From Bigelowiella natans CCMP2755 (lineage: Eukaryota; Protista; Cercozoa): DNA of 64,000 bases. The position numbers and the translations under genes were made by a program. Every line of letters starts with the position of its first letter. Position 1 is the stretch's first letter. This document shows, piece after piece, positions 52,200 through 64,000 of this stretch. The DNA is taken from NCBI GenBank assembly GCA_000320545.1, contig ADNK01000697.1:124001-188000 (forward strand), in the 5' to 3' direction. The notes beneath the pieces are model-generated. The model made no database searches, was not told the DNA's origin, and worked only from the letters and a program-made list of their open reading frames with translations.

Positions 52200-52700
52200 T
52201 GGTGCGGTGCCGGTGCATTTTAGATGCAATTGACACATCACGGATCATGTTGTTACTAGCTAGCTAGTCTATTTATGAGTACACACATACATAGATGTAT
52301 ATTTTTGCTGCCTGCGCGCATGAGCCTGAGTCTTAATTATTAAGTAAAGCGCAAGAGCGATGTTGTCAGGCTAGCAGGGGCAGCAAGATTTGTTTGCCGT
52401 CCTATTGATAAAATCTTAATGGTGTCTATTATCTTCATGATCGAAGAACTCGTGATATTTGCGGAGACCGTCGCCTGTGCTTTTGTCTAATACGTCGAAA
52501 CAATGCGCGCTGCACGTAATATCGGCACTTTTCCAAATACATCATTCTGCAATTTGCATGCGTCAAAATGTTGCGCAACAATAATGATCGATATAGACTC
52601 TTGCTTCGAATACAAATGCAAAACAACGCATGTCAAGCAATGTATACATGCTGGCATACGCTTGTACGCTGCATTGCATAGCTACATTAGGATGACCATT
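52200..52700. other. Palindrome-rich intergenic tract 6 (FANCM + / Sfi1-like -)
   Basis: gatgcaattgac, ttactagctagctagtc (~52254-52270), gcgcgcatgagc, ttgcatgcgtc, catgctggcatacgc, ctgcattgcatagct. Confidence 0.65.
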
Positions 52701-52824
52701 GAAAAAATTTAAACATTTCATTACATCCGTCTCATACGTAAGCGTTGTAGCCGCCACTCTGCATATCTACATTATAGGATGACAATTGAAAAAATGTAGT
52801 CATTTCATTACATCCGTCTTGCAT
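52676..52824. repeat. Imperfect direct repeat, ~60-bp unit at ~85-bp spacing
   Basis: gcatagctacattaggatgaccattgaaaaaat..catttcattacatccgtctcat versus gcatatctacattataggatgacaattgaaaaaat..catttcattacatccgtcttgcat. Confidence 0.85.
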
Positions 52825-52859
<35 letters not shown>

Positions 52860-53065
52860 CGGAAATTATTCATTAATGTGTCGTCATCTTTAGAGATTAA
52901 ATTGGTATCCAACATAGTTTTCATTGTAATGGAAGTATCATAGTAGACAGAATCGATCATGACGCAAAAATAAAGCTCAAAATGCTCGTTAGCCCTTCTA
53001 TTAATGAGGTAGCCTCGATTAGAAATACACATTACTCCCTTTCTGCAATAATGTACTGGGAATTC

Positions 53066-53233
53066 TATGATTCGTCGTCAGCTGTTTTTATCAAAAATGC
53101 TGGATGAGAATCATTATGGTGCAGTCGCAAAATGATCTTCATTTCTAACCTCTCAGCTCGGATTTCCTTTGACTTTGAGACATTTCGAAGAATACAGATG
53201 CAAGATGCCTCAGGCTGTTACTCTGATGTTGGA

Positions 53234-53272
<39 letters not shown>

Positions 53273-56200
53273 CAGCAGCACATCATTTGCGGTCAGCTTC
53301 GAAAAAATCTCGTCACATCCACATTATTATATTCACAGCAGCACATCATTTGCGGTCAGCTTCGAAAAAATCTCGTCACATCCACATTATTTGGAAGGTT
53401 GAAGAGCATACCTTCGTTTCGCCGCTTTGTGATACCTCCAGCCCTTCCACGACATTGCTCTTAATGCTGCTGGCTCTCGAGTGCCGAAGGCTCCGCTGAT
53501 GCTCGGTTCTCTGGCGAAACCTGTTGGCGTGAGCCTGCGCCCTCCAGTTGATGAACAGGTTGCAAAGAGCTCTCTGGCCTCTTAGAGAAACGACATCGTC
53601 GGCAGCCATCCGCATTCGGATGCAACGCCGCGCTTTCTGCACCCATGTGCTCAAGAATCGTCGTTGCATTTCATCTCGGCACCGGAAGAAGAAGCTCTTC
53701 ACCCGCGTCTTGTAGGCAAGATGCAGACGCCACTTTCTGAGCACGGTCTGCCCTCTCTTAACGGCCTGGGTGAGATGTCAGTCACAACAACCCAACGCAT
53801 CAGCAATCAAGATGAAAAACACAAAAGGAGGAGGAGGAGGAGGAGGAGGCAAAGTAATGGGAAATTCCAAAGTTTTTTGATAATAAATACTTGCAGTGGC
53901 TGGCGTCATCATAGCAATTAGTTACGAATGATGGGTCTTTGAGCACAGTAGTCAACTTCTATCAAAACTTACCAGGTACAAATGCATCTGCGCTAGCAAC
54001 GTGTTTCGTGTTCTCCTCCGACTCCTCATCGACCCATGCCACGATTGGAAGGTCAGCTCCATCGCTCGATGTGCCCTCATCAGGCCCACAGAATGCCTGC
54101 AGCTTCGCCAGCCGCTCCTCACGCGCTGCTTTGGTTTGAAGATGCAACGTTCTCATTCGGTGAAAGCAGCTTGACAGCTTGGCGTGTGCCCGGATGGAGA
54201 GGAAACTATTCCCCACTCTCCTAGTCTCAATACGGAGCTTCTGCGCAAGGACGAGGGCTCTGAAGGCATCGAGCTGCAGCCTTCGTTCACGATTTGCTGC
54301 TACGAGAGCCGCAGTCTCCTCACACCGGAGCATGTGAGCGGTACGTTTCCAGCGTCTCATCGCAAGGCCTACCACCAGCCTCCGATAGCTTAGATTGAGC
54401 CGATGGGCATTTAGCCATGAAGCGAAGCAACGGCTGGCCACCTGTTTCGCCCTGCTTTGCTGATATAGTAGCAGACACGACTGCAGTGAAGCTTTCCTTT
54501 CTAACCGAGAGCGAAGAAGATACACCCAAGCCCGTAGAGCCGTCCTTGAATGACGCAACTGTGCCAATCTCACCACGGCAGCTCCAACGCTTTTGAGGCG
54601 GGCTGTAGATTGAGAGCGATTGCGCCATGCCGCCAAGGCAGCCCTCCGCCGTATCCTTCGAACGATGTTTCTCGCAGCCCCCTCCCTGAGAGCCAAGAGG
54701 TGGTTTCTCACGTACCTTTGGGCGACCCTCGCACGCAAATGAAAGGCGGTGGCGCGGAGGCTCACACGATGCCGCGTCGCTCCCCTCCACCTATTGATTG
54801 CGCATGACCGCTTGTATTCCTCGAATAACATGTTGCTTTGGCCATATGCGAGCTGCGAGCGAATAGAGGCCCTCCTCCACGCCAAGAACGCCTCTCTGAG
54901 GCGTGCCCTTGCTGCTCGGCGCTGCTTGAGCGCTATTCTCCACGTCCTGAAGGCTGTCTGCTTTGCTCGAGCCCGTGCGTTTCCCCTTGCTGCCGCTGCT
55001 ATCCTCCAGGGAACAAGAACCCGTTTGTACGAACGGAGCGTGCCCAAAGCCACTACCTGAGCGCAGACTTTCTCGGTTGCCCTGCGGTGATTGAGGTGCT
55101 TGAGCCAGGTCGCTAGGATGCTCCTCGTCCGTCGCATTTTGCAGCCCTTTCGTACGAGCTGGAACGCCCTTCCGCATGACCAGATGTGAAGAGAAAATCG
55201 CAAAACCATAGCTTTTCTCGCTGCCAAGTGCTTCGCTAGTCTCGCCTCTAGCACACACCCGTGCCACCTCACAACCGCTGCTCTCGAGAGACCGCGGATC
55301 AAAACCGAGTCAACAGATGCGGAAAACCTTGCTGATTTCCTGCGTCTCTCCAGAGCGTCTTTCCATTGAAGGTACGACTTACGGAGTTGTTTTGATTTCC
55401 CATTCTTTGCTTCGAATAACTGGAGGAGGAGCCGTTCGTTGGCCATCCGCCCTTGTCTAGCCTTCCAGGCTCTTAGGCACACGAGTGTACGGAACATATC
55501 TGCTCTCCTCGCTCGCTGGCTCTTTGCTTCTCTCAAAATCTTGCGTCGGCGAGAGAATTGCATCCAGCGTTGCACCGCCATATCGGTGGATTTTGTGCAG
55601 AAATCCGCGTACGCTTCGTCGCTAGCGCGTTTCAAATGCAACCTACCCAGACAGCATTGAAGTGCGCACAGGAAATCATATCAGTGAATGAACGCGTATC
55701 ATCCAGACGCATGCAACGCGGTGCAATGGGCGATGTACAACATTTGGGCGGTCAAAGCGTACCGTTTCGATCGCGTGTGCCAGTCCTGCAGCATCCCCTT
55801 CACCCTGAGCAGCGTCGTGTTAACGATGACGGTCGTGGTGATTCCATGCCGCATTTTCTTCACTCTGAGAGCACGCCTCCAAGCCGAAAACACCTGGGAG
55901 CTCCTCCGCGAAATGAGAAATTGTAGGGCCTGCTTCGTGGACCTGGAATAGCGGGTCCAAGCTCGGAAGATCCTCGGTTTCACCTTGTGCTGTGCATAGC
56001 TTTTCAGGAGTCTTCGATTCTCTTGTTGAGACTTTACAGCCTGCTCCCAGGATGTCAGCGCTCCGTGGAGGAGGCGTTGCACATGCGACGAGAGGACGCA
56101 TTCCGCCGCCTCTCTGAGAGTCTTGTAGCGTGCGTTTAGGCGGGAGGCCGTTGTCCAGCTCCTTAGTACAAGCGCCTTTAAGTTGCACGCACGAAGTCTG

Positions 56201-56374
56201 CAAACACTGATCGCTCTCAGTCGAAGCTGGTGACGCCTATTGGGTGTGCGGGATGAGATATGATAAATATATGAATATAATACATATTCATATATGTTGA
56301 ATCGAGCAAAAAATAAAAGAGAGAGCTGCTTTGTAACACATAAAACTATACATGTATGTCTATACACTACAAAT

Positions 56375-56434
<60 letters not shown>

Positions 56435-59400
56435 CGTAATATACGGAATGAAGTATCACCTCATACTGAGGTTTCTCCATTCAGCCCACACGCCTCGAAA
56501 GCGCTTGATTCTCATCCCGGTGGCCCATACACGGATTCGACGTCTCCAGCGTGCAAGCTCCCTCCAATGGAAAAGAGCTGCGTTGGCTCGGTTCAGTTGG
56601 CAGTCGATTTGGACATGAGAGACAAGTTCCTGCCTTCGCGCCATCTTGCTGTTCCATCGTCTCCATATCGTCCGTAGATAGCTGATTGTCGCGCAGTTTT
56701 TCATCATCTTTGCGTGCTTACGCTCAGCTCGTTTGTGCATTGCGGCCGAAAACCACGCAGTGAACCGCCATCCTACGGCTTTGTTAAAATAGAGCTGCGA
56801 CGCATGCTGGTGGTACGCCCTGCGCCTTCTCGCTGAATGGAACGCGTTCACCCACCGCGACATGCAACCGCCTAGGGTGCGAAGCCTTCTCGTCTGGACC
56901 AGCCTCCTGTCAGATCTCCGCAACCGCGAAGTGCGGCGCCATGAGTGGAACAAGCGCTCGAATTTATGCTGTCTCCACCGAATGCACGACTGCTCCCACT
57001 GTGAGGCCCGGGAAGCCCTTCCCCGCCAAACGTTGAGCCAACGACGCGTGGAGTGTATATCAGCTGCGAAGAGCTCTGTTCGTCGGCGGGCTGCCAAACC
57101 ACACCAGTCCGTTAATACACACGTACACACGCACACACACACACAAACAGCAACACAACGGACAGCGTATGCTGCTGCCTCTTGCAGCAGAAGCCTCCTT
57201 TTCGAGGCGACGACTCGCAAGAGAAGAGAAAAAGGAAATAAACCGCGCTCTAACAGCTTTCGCAGCGATCATTTTTGGCATACATGAAGCAAGGGGTTGA
57301 GTCTAAATCCCCTTTCACTTCCATATCCTCCTGAGGCATTTGTTGTCTTCCAACTATTCAACCCCCCCCCTTCCGTATTATTTTCCATGACTTACCACTT
57401 GCAGCTGAGACTCTCGACCACAGCTCGAGGCATTTCTGTATCTTCTTTTGTCTGAGCATGCTTTTCACTGCGACTTCGTGCTCTGCCAAGAGGTGAGTGT
57501 TATGGTGTACGTGGACCCAAGCTCCGAAGCTTCCCCTCACAAGTCGCCTATCACGAGCAGAGTCGGCCTAGGGTAGTATGGTTGGGTTGGTGGGTGTAGG
57601 AACATGATCATGCATGCCTCTTGTCTAATATGTCACCTTCACTACCTTTCGTATTCTTCTTTGCTCCCTTTTCTCTCTCCTCTCCCTGTCGCTTCTTGCT
57701 CGAGATCGCCACCACCGTATAACCGAGCAGACGCGGTGCTTCTGGGCAGCGTTTCTCATAATGACGCTCCGCTTGCTCGCCGTGATCACAGCCTTCCAGC
57801 TACGGATAGACGCCAGCAGTTGGAGCCCTCTCTGCCGCTTCCTAAACTTGCTCAGCGCGTACCAGGTGGAGAGATTGAGCTTCTTTTTGGCCCTTGTTGA
57901 GGATGCAATTGCGCGTTGGGCCTGCTGCTTCACCAGCCTAGTCTTAAGGCCGAGTCGCCGCCATTCGTTTATAATCGCAGTTTTTTGTTTTATCTGACGT
58001 TTCTGTCGATGCACGCAAGCTTGGGTAACCAGGTTGAGAGCAACATGCTCGTACTGCAGCTTCCACCTGTTGAAAGCAGCTCTGAGCACACGACGGCCTC
58101 CTATCTCTTGCACTTCTACCAGGCAAATTCGCATGGCTTTTCTCTTCTTTGTTCTTGCGTTCCATGTGCTCAGCAAATGTCGCAGTCTCCAGCTATGTAC
58201 CGCTTTCATAATCCGTATACTCTGAGCGCATGAGGCCTTCCAGAGGCAGACGTAGCGCCTCTGCAATATCTTTTTGATAACATTCGTCGCTTTCGCTACA
58301 GCTGAAAGTTGTTTCCACCTTGGGAAAACTCTCTTGAGGACTAAGCCGCTTCTGAATGCATTTGCTGTCTGTACTGTTCGTATAGCTGCAATTCCGCCTC
58401 TCCAACGGTTCCAGTATCTCTGTGCGAGCATAATGTGTATTTCTCTCTCGGCTCGAGCCGCAAGGGACCTTCTCGCCATTGCAGCACGCCAAAGCTTTAA
58501 AGCTTTTCGCTGCACAAGCTGCCGTTCGAGGGATGATAGCAGCGCAGTTCTCCGCAGGGAGTTGGCTTTGGCCAGACGCCATTGTTGGTATGCTCTCTTA
58601 CTCAGCAAGTCGCGCCGGATGTGCTCGGCCCTTAATATTTCAACATAGCTTCTCTTCCAATGCTGAAAAGCTGCTGCTTTACGCCTCTCTTGTACACGTA
58701 GCTCTAAAGCCTGTGACGAGAGCCTCGTGAGCCTTCTCTCCCTCACGAAATCCACCCACAGTGCGACTGCATTGTCTTTTACCTTAAGAGCGCGAGCAGC
58801 TAGGGCGCGGTCCAGCCTAAACGCCAGCAGCATTCTGGCGGATAACAGGCTGCGCCAAAGGAAAAAGCTGTTCTGTACTAAATGAAACTGAGCGCATCTT
58901 GCCCTGGTTATGGCCTCTTTAATACGCAGATAAGAATGCCGCCGACTGTACGAGCGCCATCTCTGAAGGGCCAGCTTCATGGAGTTTTTCACGGATTGCT
59001 TCCTAGCTACGCTCTCTACTGCCATTTCTGTGCTGGCTTGTGACCATCGGGAAAATATCTTCCTTAATGTAAGCAGTTTCTTCGTTCGGGAGGTGGTGGC
59101 CAGCCTGTCTTGAAGGAGCTGCAGGTGCTGTAGGCGATTTCGCCAGGACGAAAAGTGAACCGCAAGAAGGGACATCTTACAGCGCCGCCGCGACATTTTC
59201 CTTCTCCGCGATTCGTGTTTCCAAAAGATGAGTAAATCCCTGGCGGATCTTGCCTTGCGGTCTTCGAGGAATCTTTTCGCCCAAAACACCTGCTTCCATT
59301 GCGAGAAATGGACAGCTAGTGCTCTCTGTCTGCGGAAGGCGACCTGATTGTTTTCGAGCAAGCTGGAGACACGCGTAAGCCGCAATGCGTTCTTCCACGA

Positions 59401-60899
59401 GGAGAAGGCATTGCGAACGAGGAAGGTCTTTTCTAGAGTAAGAGCGGAGGTGATAGCGCATGTTTGTCCATGCCATTGGTTGTATCGGCTTCGAAGGTTC
59501 CACCGCGCCCAATGGATCAGAGCTTTCAGCGTTTGCTGTTGGGATACTCTAGAGCATCGTGCCTTTCTTTTCCAACAGGATATAGAAGTCTTCACTCGAT
59601 AGTTCATTAGGTGCTGTTGAGCGTGTCGCTCTGCTTTCAGCGTTGACCTTGAAGTTAGAACCCACGGTGCCCATACACGCTGCAACACGATTCTTCGCCA
59701 ATGCGACGTAGCTTTGCTATTCTTCATATCGTTGACCTCTCTTCGGATCCTCCTTTCCCTCTCGATATGAAACTCTCTCCGCCATCGATTGAAACACATC
59801 TTCACTCGCATAAAATCGCAATAGAAGTTGTCGCTACTTCTGTTACTCCTACTATCTCGTCCCCCTCCTCCACCCTCTCTTTCCTGATCGTCTTCTTCAA
59901 GGTCTAGAATGGATAGCTTAGAAGATTCGAAGGCCGCGGAGATGCTTTCACGCCGAAACGATGAGGTAGATGGATATGAAATCCACTGAAGGGAACGCTT
60001 CGCTTCTGCGGTGTTATTGTCTTGTGCTACTAATACTTCTTCGGGCTTATTCCGCCACAACCGGCTTGGTGATGTTGCTCTATGACTGCTACTACTGTAC
60101 ATTTTCCCGGATATTCTCGCCCTTTCAGGTGAACTTTCTCCAATTGAATGTTCGGCTGTGTATTCCGTCGGCGCATTAGACACTCTAGTAACATGCTCGC
60201 CCTAAATTTAATCGTAACATGCGTTGATAGCGTGAGTATGATGCGACGGAAGAAACGATGGATTTTTAATCTGAGTACACCAATTATTGATTCACGAACC
60301 ATATTACGAAAATCCGCCATCTTGTCCAAGAACCCGTCCCTGCTATTGTCGGTGATGTTGAAGACGAGATCAGTTTCTTTGAGGTGCCGACGGCTGTTCC
60401 CTAGTGAATGTAAATGCAGGCTCTTCGATGGGGCAATTGCAACAAAATCCGATGAAGACTTTTCGTCAATGGTGATAGCAGGTGATCCGTTTGATTCAGG
60501 AGAATCTAGCCGAGCCAATATTTTGTAATGCCTCTCCTGTGTTGATAAAAAAGTGGATGCAGTTGTTAAGATGATTCGACACTTATATGTCTTGCGTGGT
60601 CTCGTGGTGTACCGCGAAGAGGCTTTGCAACTTCTCGCTCCACGTCGTTCCTTTAGAGGTTGAAAGCTCCAAGATTTGTTGATGAAAGAACGAATCTTCA
60701 GTGTGATCGATTCCATGTTCCGTGAGCACTCTCTGGAGATGGACAGGATGTATGAGCAAAAAAATTCTACTATGGATTCACAGTGCACCTTGTACGATTG
60801 AAGGAGGATGCCGAGAAGTGGTGTTCCCCCCACAGTATTTTGATCGGCATGATTCGCAATATCCCCGAGGATCTTCAGCACTGGGATGTTCTCTGTCAT
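53066..60899 (-). CDS. Very large Sfi1-repeat (centrin-binding-type) helical protein
   Basis: Long exons (852-, 559- and ~200-aa ORFs) built of Arg/Ala/Leu-rich ~23-aa units ending (L/F)xxW, e.g. VKMCFNRWRR, LVRNAFSSWKN, LAVHFSQWKQ, LRAAFNRWKL, KQTAFRTWRI, LREAFLAWRR. Ends approximate. Confidence 0.8.
53268..53391. repeat. Near-perfect 63-bp tandem duplication in an intron of the Sfi1-like gene
   Basis: cacagcagcacatcatttgcggtcagcttcgaaaaaatctcgtcacatccacattat at 53271 and 53334, adjacent to a (TA)n run. Confidence 0.95.
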
Positions 60900-61169
60900 T
60901 ATCGCATAGCTACTAGTTAGTGTGGCGGGCCCAGGAGATCGTGCTTGCTGAAATGTGGATCCGAGGTTTCTTGTTTGTCAACGCACCAAAAGTGTCCTAC
61001 GTTTTGACATCTGCGACATTCCAATGAGCTGGTATTCAATTAAAAATGAGTGGATGGCGGGAAATCTTGAGAAAATGTACAAAAACTCGAGAGAATCTCT
61101 GGATTTAACTCTTAAAATTATCGGAAGGCAACCTCCTTACAAAAGCAAGTGCTCACATTTCATCGATCC

Positions 61170-64000
61170 ATGAAATCAGAGCTTGAGGAGGGAGAGAAAT
61201 CAAAGGAATCACCTGACAAAACCAACGGTGTACAGGCTACTCGAGATGGTGGAAAGTTCGTTGGGACCCACCCAGCCTCGCCAAACGATTTTAAAGAGCT
61301 TGACGAAAAAACCTATCAGAATTTTCTTCAGAGGCACAAACTCTGCAGTGTGTTATCGGAGATCCCTTCTTCTTCACTAGTGAATTGTCAACATTTTCCA
61401 TCAGAGATTAGATCAGCAACTACTGAACTCTTCGAGCAATCATGGAAGACAAGCTCACTCGTTTATGCCATCGCGGCCGATGTTCAACGTGGTGTGGCGA
61501 AGGCAATTAAAGAAGGTAGGATCGAAGAAGCTTCGGATCTTGAAGTAAATTCAAGGCATCTTTTGCTTGCAGCTAGCAACTCATTGGCAAAAATGTTGTC
61601 TAAGTGCAGAGCTATTGCCAATCAGAGATCAAATAGCTACCCTTCCAACATATATTTTTCTACCCCTGACGACGCTCGGAATATTACACAATTCATTCCA
61701 GAAGCGAAAACAGACCCGTCGCATTCGCAATCGACTTGTGACACACAAGAAGCTGCTTATCATGTTCAAACCGAGCCATACGAGGTGGAAGATGAAGAGG
61801 AGGAAGATATTCATAGTCTGAACGACCGAAAAAGGAGCAACAAGAACCCCACGTAATTGCAAATGCTAAGTAGTTTGATAGTATTTGAATCGTGATGAGA
61901 TGGGATGGAATACTTCAAACAACACAGGTACAACGAATGCTACATTAATATGGATGCAAAAACTTTAAAACAATCGACGAAGAACACGAAGGTGGAATCG
62001 TTTGTATATAAATCATCCGACGTGGAGGCGCTAGAAAAGATAGGGGAGGGAAATTTCTCAACTAATTGGAGAGCACGGATCATAGGAAATCCGGAGAGGC
62101 CAGAACTTGCGGTAGCGCTCAAGGTTTTAGATCATATAAATCAAATAGGCATGCAAAGCTAATCTCCTTTACAATATAGATTCCGAAGGATGGCGTCTCG
62201 TCAGATGAATTAAAGAAGGAGATGATGGGTACAAGGCTTAAGTTGCACGCTAATGTCCATTGATGTATATGATGCCATTAGGTTTGTTGGCGGTGGCTGG
62301 CCAGATAAATATCATGAACTTTCTAGGAGTAATGGTTGACAAGAATGGTTCACAAAGCTTTCTCACTGAATACTGTTCTCGTGGTAGCCTGGACACCCTC
62401 CATGGTAGTGTTGACCTGAGGGATGAAAAGTACTTCTGGAAGATCGCTACTGGATTGCTCCTCGCCGTCGTCCATTTGCACGAGTTAAAATTAATTCATA
62501 GGTTGTTACCACTGGTACTGTAGGTTGATTGCTTGCAATGAGTTAACATTTCGTTGTTGTAAACAGGGACATCGCATGTCGAAACATTCTAGTCACAGAA
62601 AATTGGGAGGTCAGGCTTGCTGATTTTGGATTGACAGTGAGAGCCCCTACAGGGCAGGTTCACATTAAGCCTAATGAGGCTCTGCCCTGGCCTTGGATGG
62701 CTCCTCATACTCTGAAAGAGAAGGCTTTCACTTTTCGCTCCGATATCTACTCTGTTGGCGTGACGCTTTGGGAGGTACTTACAAAGGGCAAAGTTCCTCA
62801 CGCAGACCAGGATGGGGTGTTGGATTACGGAATCGTCGATCAGATAATAGAAGGCAAACGAAAATTACACGTACCTACAGAGTACGAGCCAACGAAAATG
62901 GGTAGGTTGGTGAAAGAATGCTTCAAATCCGATAAAAGTGCATATCTCCTAGTTGCACACTTGGTCCCAGGAGGACTCCAAGCATTGATTGAATCTGGCT
63001 CTCCAGATGCAAAAAGTCGTGCCGAAGACTGGATTCCGCAATTAATGGTAGGGCATCCTATTTATTCGATTTATAGAGAGTAACGGGTATGTTATTGCAC
63101 AGATTGACGGAAGGGATTTCAGCATTGTTATTGAGGTAGACGGGTTAAAGTTTGCAGCCACATGGAAGCCTAATCAATGGCCGGAAAGCATCATGTTGAA
63201 CACATTTGAGACAAAAGAAACTTTTCTAATTGTTGATCCTCGAAAGGCTATGGCCCTTACACCTGCCAAGAAGGTCCCTGGATGTGTTCTCTCCATTCCT
63301 TTGAACCCAAACGATGCGAGCCAAAAATGGCATTACGATGCAGAAACGAAATCAATTGTAAACGTATCAACGGGGCAAAAATTGGACTTACAAATTATGA
63401 AAGGCAACCAAAAAAACGAGCAGGTTAAGATAATAGCAACATCCAACGGTTCCAGTTCCGATGAAAAGTTGTCTCAATGGATTTACGAAAGTTCAACAGG
63501 AACAATAAGGAATCGAAAAACTGGAAGCGGATGCCTCGTTGGAATTTCAAAGTATGACGTCACAATAGGTGATTCGCCACAGAAATGGGTCATTCTGAAA
63601 CATTGCGACGAAGTCTACGATATTGAACTTCCGGCAGGTGAAAGTTTACACATCAATGTGTCTGTAGGATTGAACTGAGTCAAAATATTTTGTAGGTTTC
63701 AATAGCCATAATGTCACAGTGGTGCCTTATGATCCAAAGGATGAGGATCAGCACTGGAGATGGAAAAGAGAGAGTGGTGGTAGTATTGTTCACAAAAAAA
63801 GCGGGAAACACCTTGACGTCTTTCAAGGCGAGAGACGGTCCCCATTGTGCGTGTGGAGAGCTCATGGAGCAGAGAATCAGCAATTTGAGTATCACACAAA
63901 GATGAAGAAGCTACGTAACTATTTTCTCGAGGCTGATAACGACCACTCCGTGGTTGTGTTGGTTGACCAGAAGCAAATCTCAGGTGAGAGATTGTATGAG
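61170..64000 (+). CDS. Tyrosine-kinase-like protein kinase followed by tandem ricin-B (QxW) lectin-like repeats; runs off window
   Basis: IGEGNFS, VALK, IHR|DIACRNILV, LADFG, PWPWMAPH, SDIYSVGVTLWE. Then SQKWHYD..IVN..GQKLDL, SQWIYE..IRN..GCLV, PQKWV, DQHWRW, NQQFEY. Start approximate. Confidence 0.88.

Noticed and set aside
53268-53391. CRISPR-like array or mobile element
   Set aside because: Only two adjacent units with no spacers. No transposase, RT or terminal repeats were seen anywhere in the window.

Overview
Intron-rich eukaryotic nuclear DNA, most likely a chlorarachniophyte alga (Rhizaria, Bigelowiella-like). The taxon is inferred from a Ser inserted at a ubiquitin GG/M junction and a DUF6816-like gene with a probable bipartite plastid leader. 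Manual splicing gives about 13 genes, several invisible to the ORF track: Ubl-ubiquitin (+), PZP/TFIIS-N/SAM chromatin protein (-), ACTR10 (+), secreted hypothetical (-), SH3b protein (+), lectin-like-repeat/PT-stalk protein (-), VWA-SAM protein (+), hypothetical (-), a ~29-intron atypical large Rab-like GTPase (+), DUF6816-like (-), FANCM (+), a giant Sfi1-repeat protein (-) and a tyrosine-kinase-like/ricin-B protein (+). The most striking signal is architectural. Gene orientation alternates at every junction, and divergent pairs share short (~85-575 bp) upstream gaps. All six convergent 3'-3' junctions carry a tract dense in short palindromes (CTAG/AGCT/CATG/TGCA; (TAGC)n, GCATGC) that is largely absent from divergent gaps. 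This is a candidate strand-symmetric termination or boundary element. Exon boundaries were read by eye, gene ends are approximate, and family calls come from motif recognition rather than database searches.
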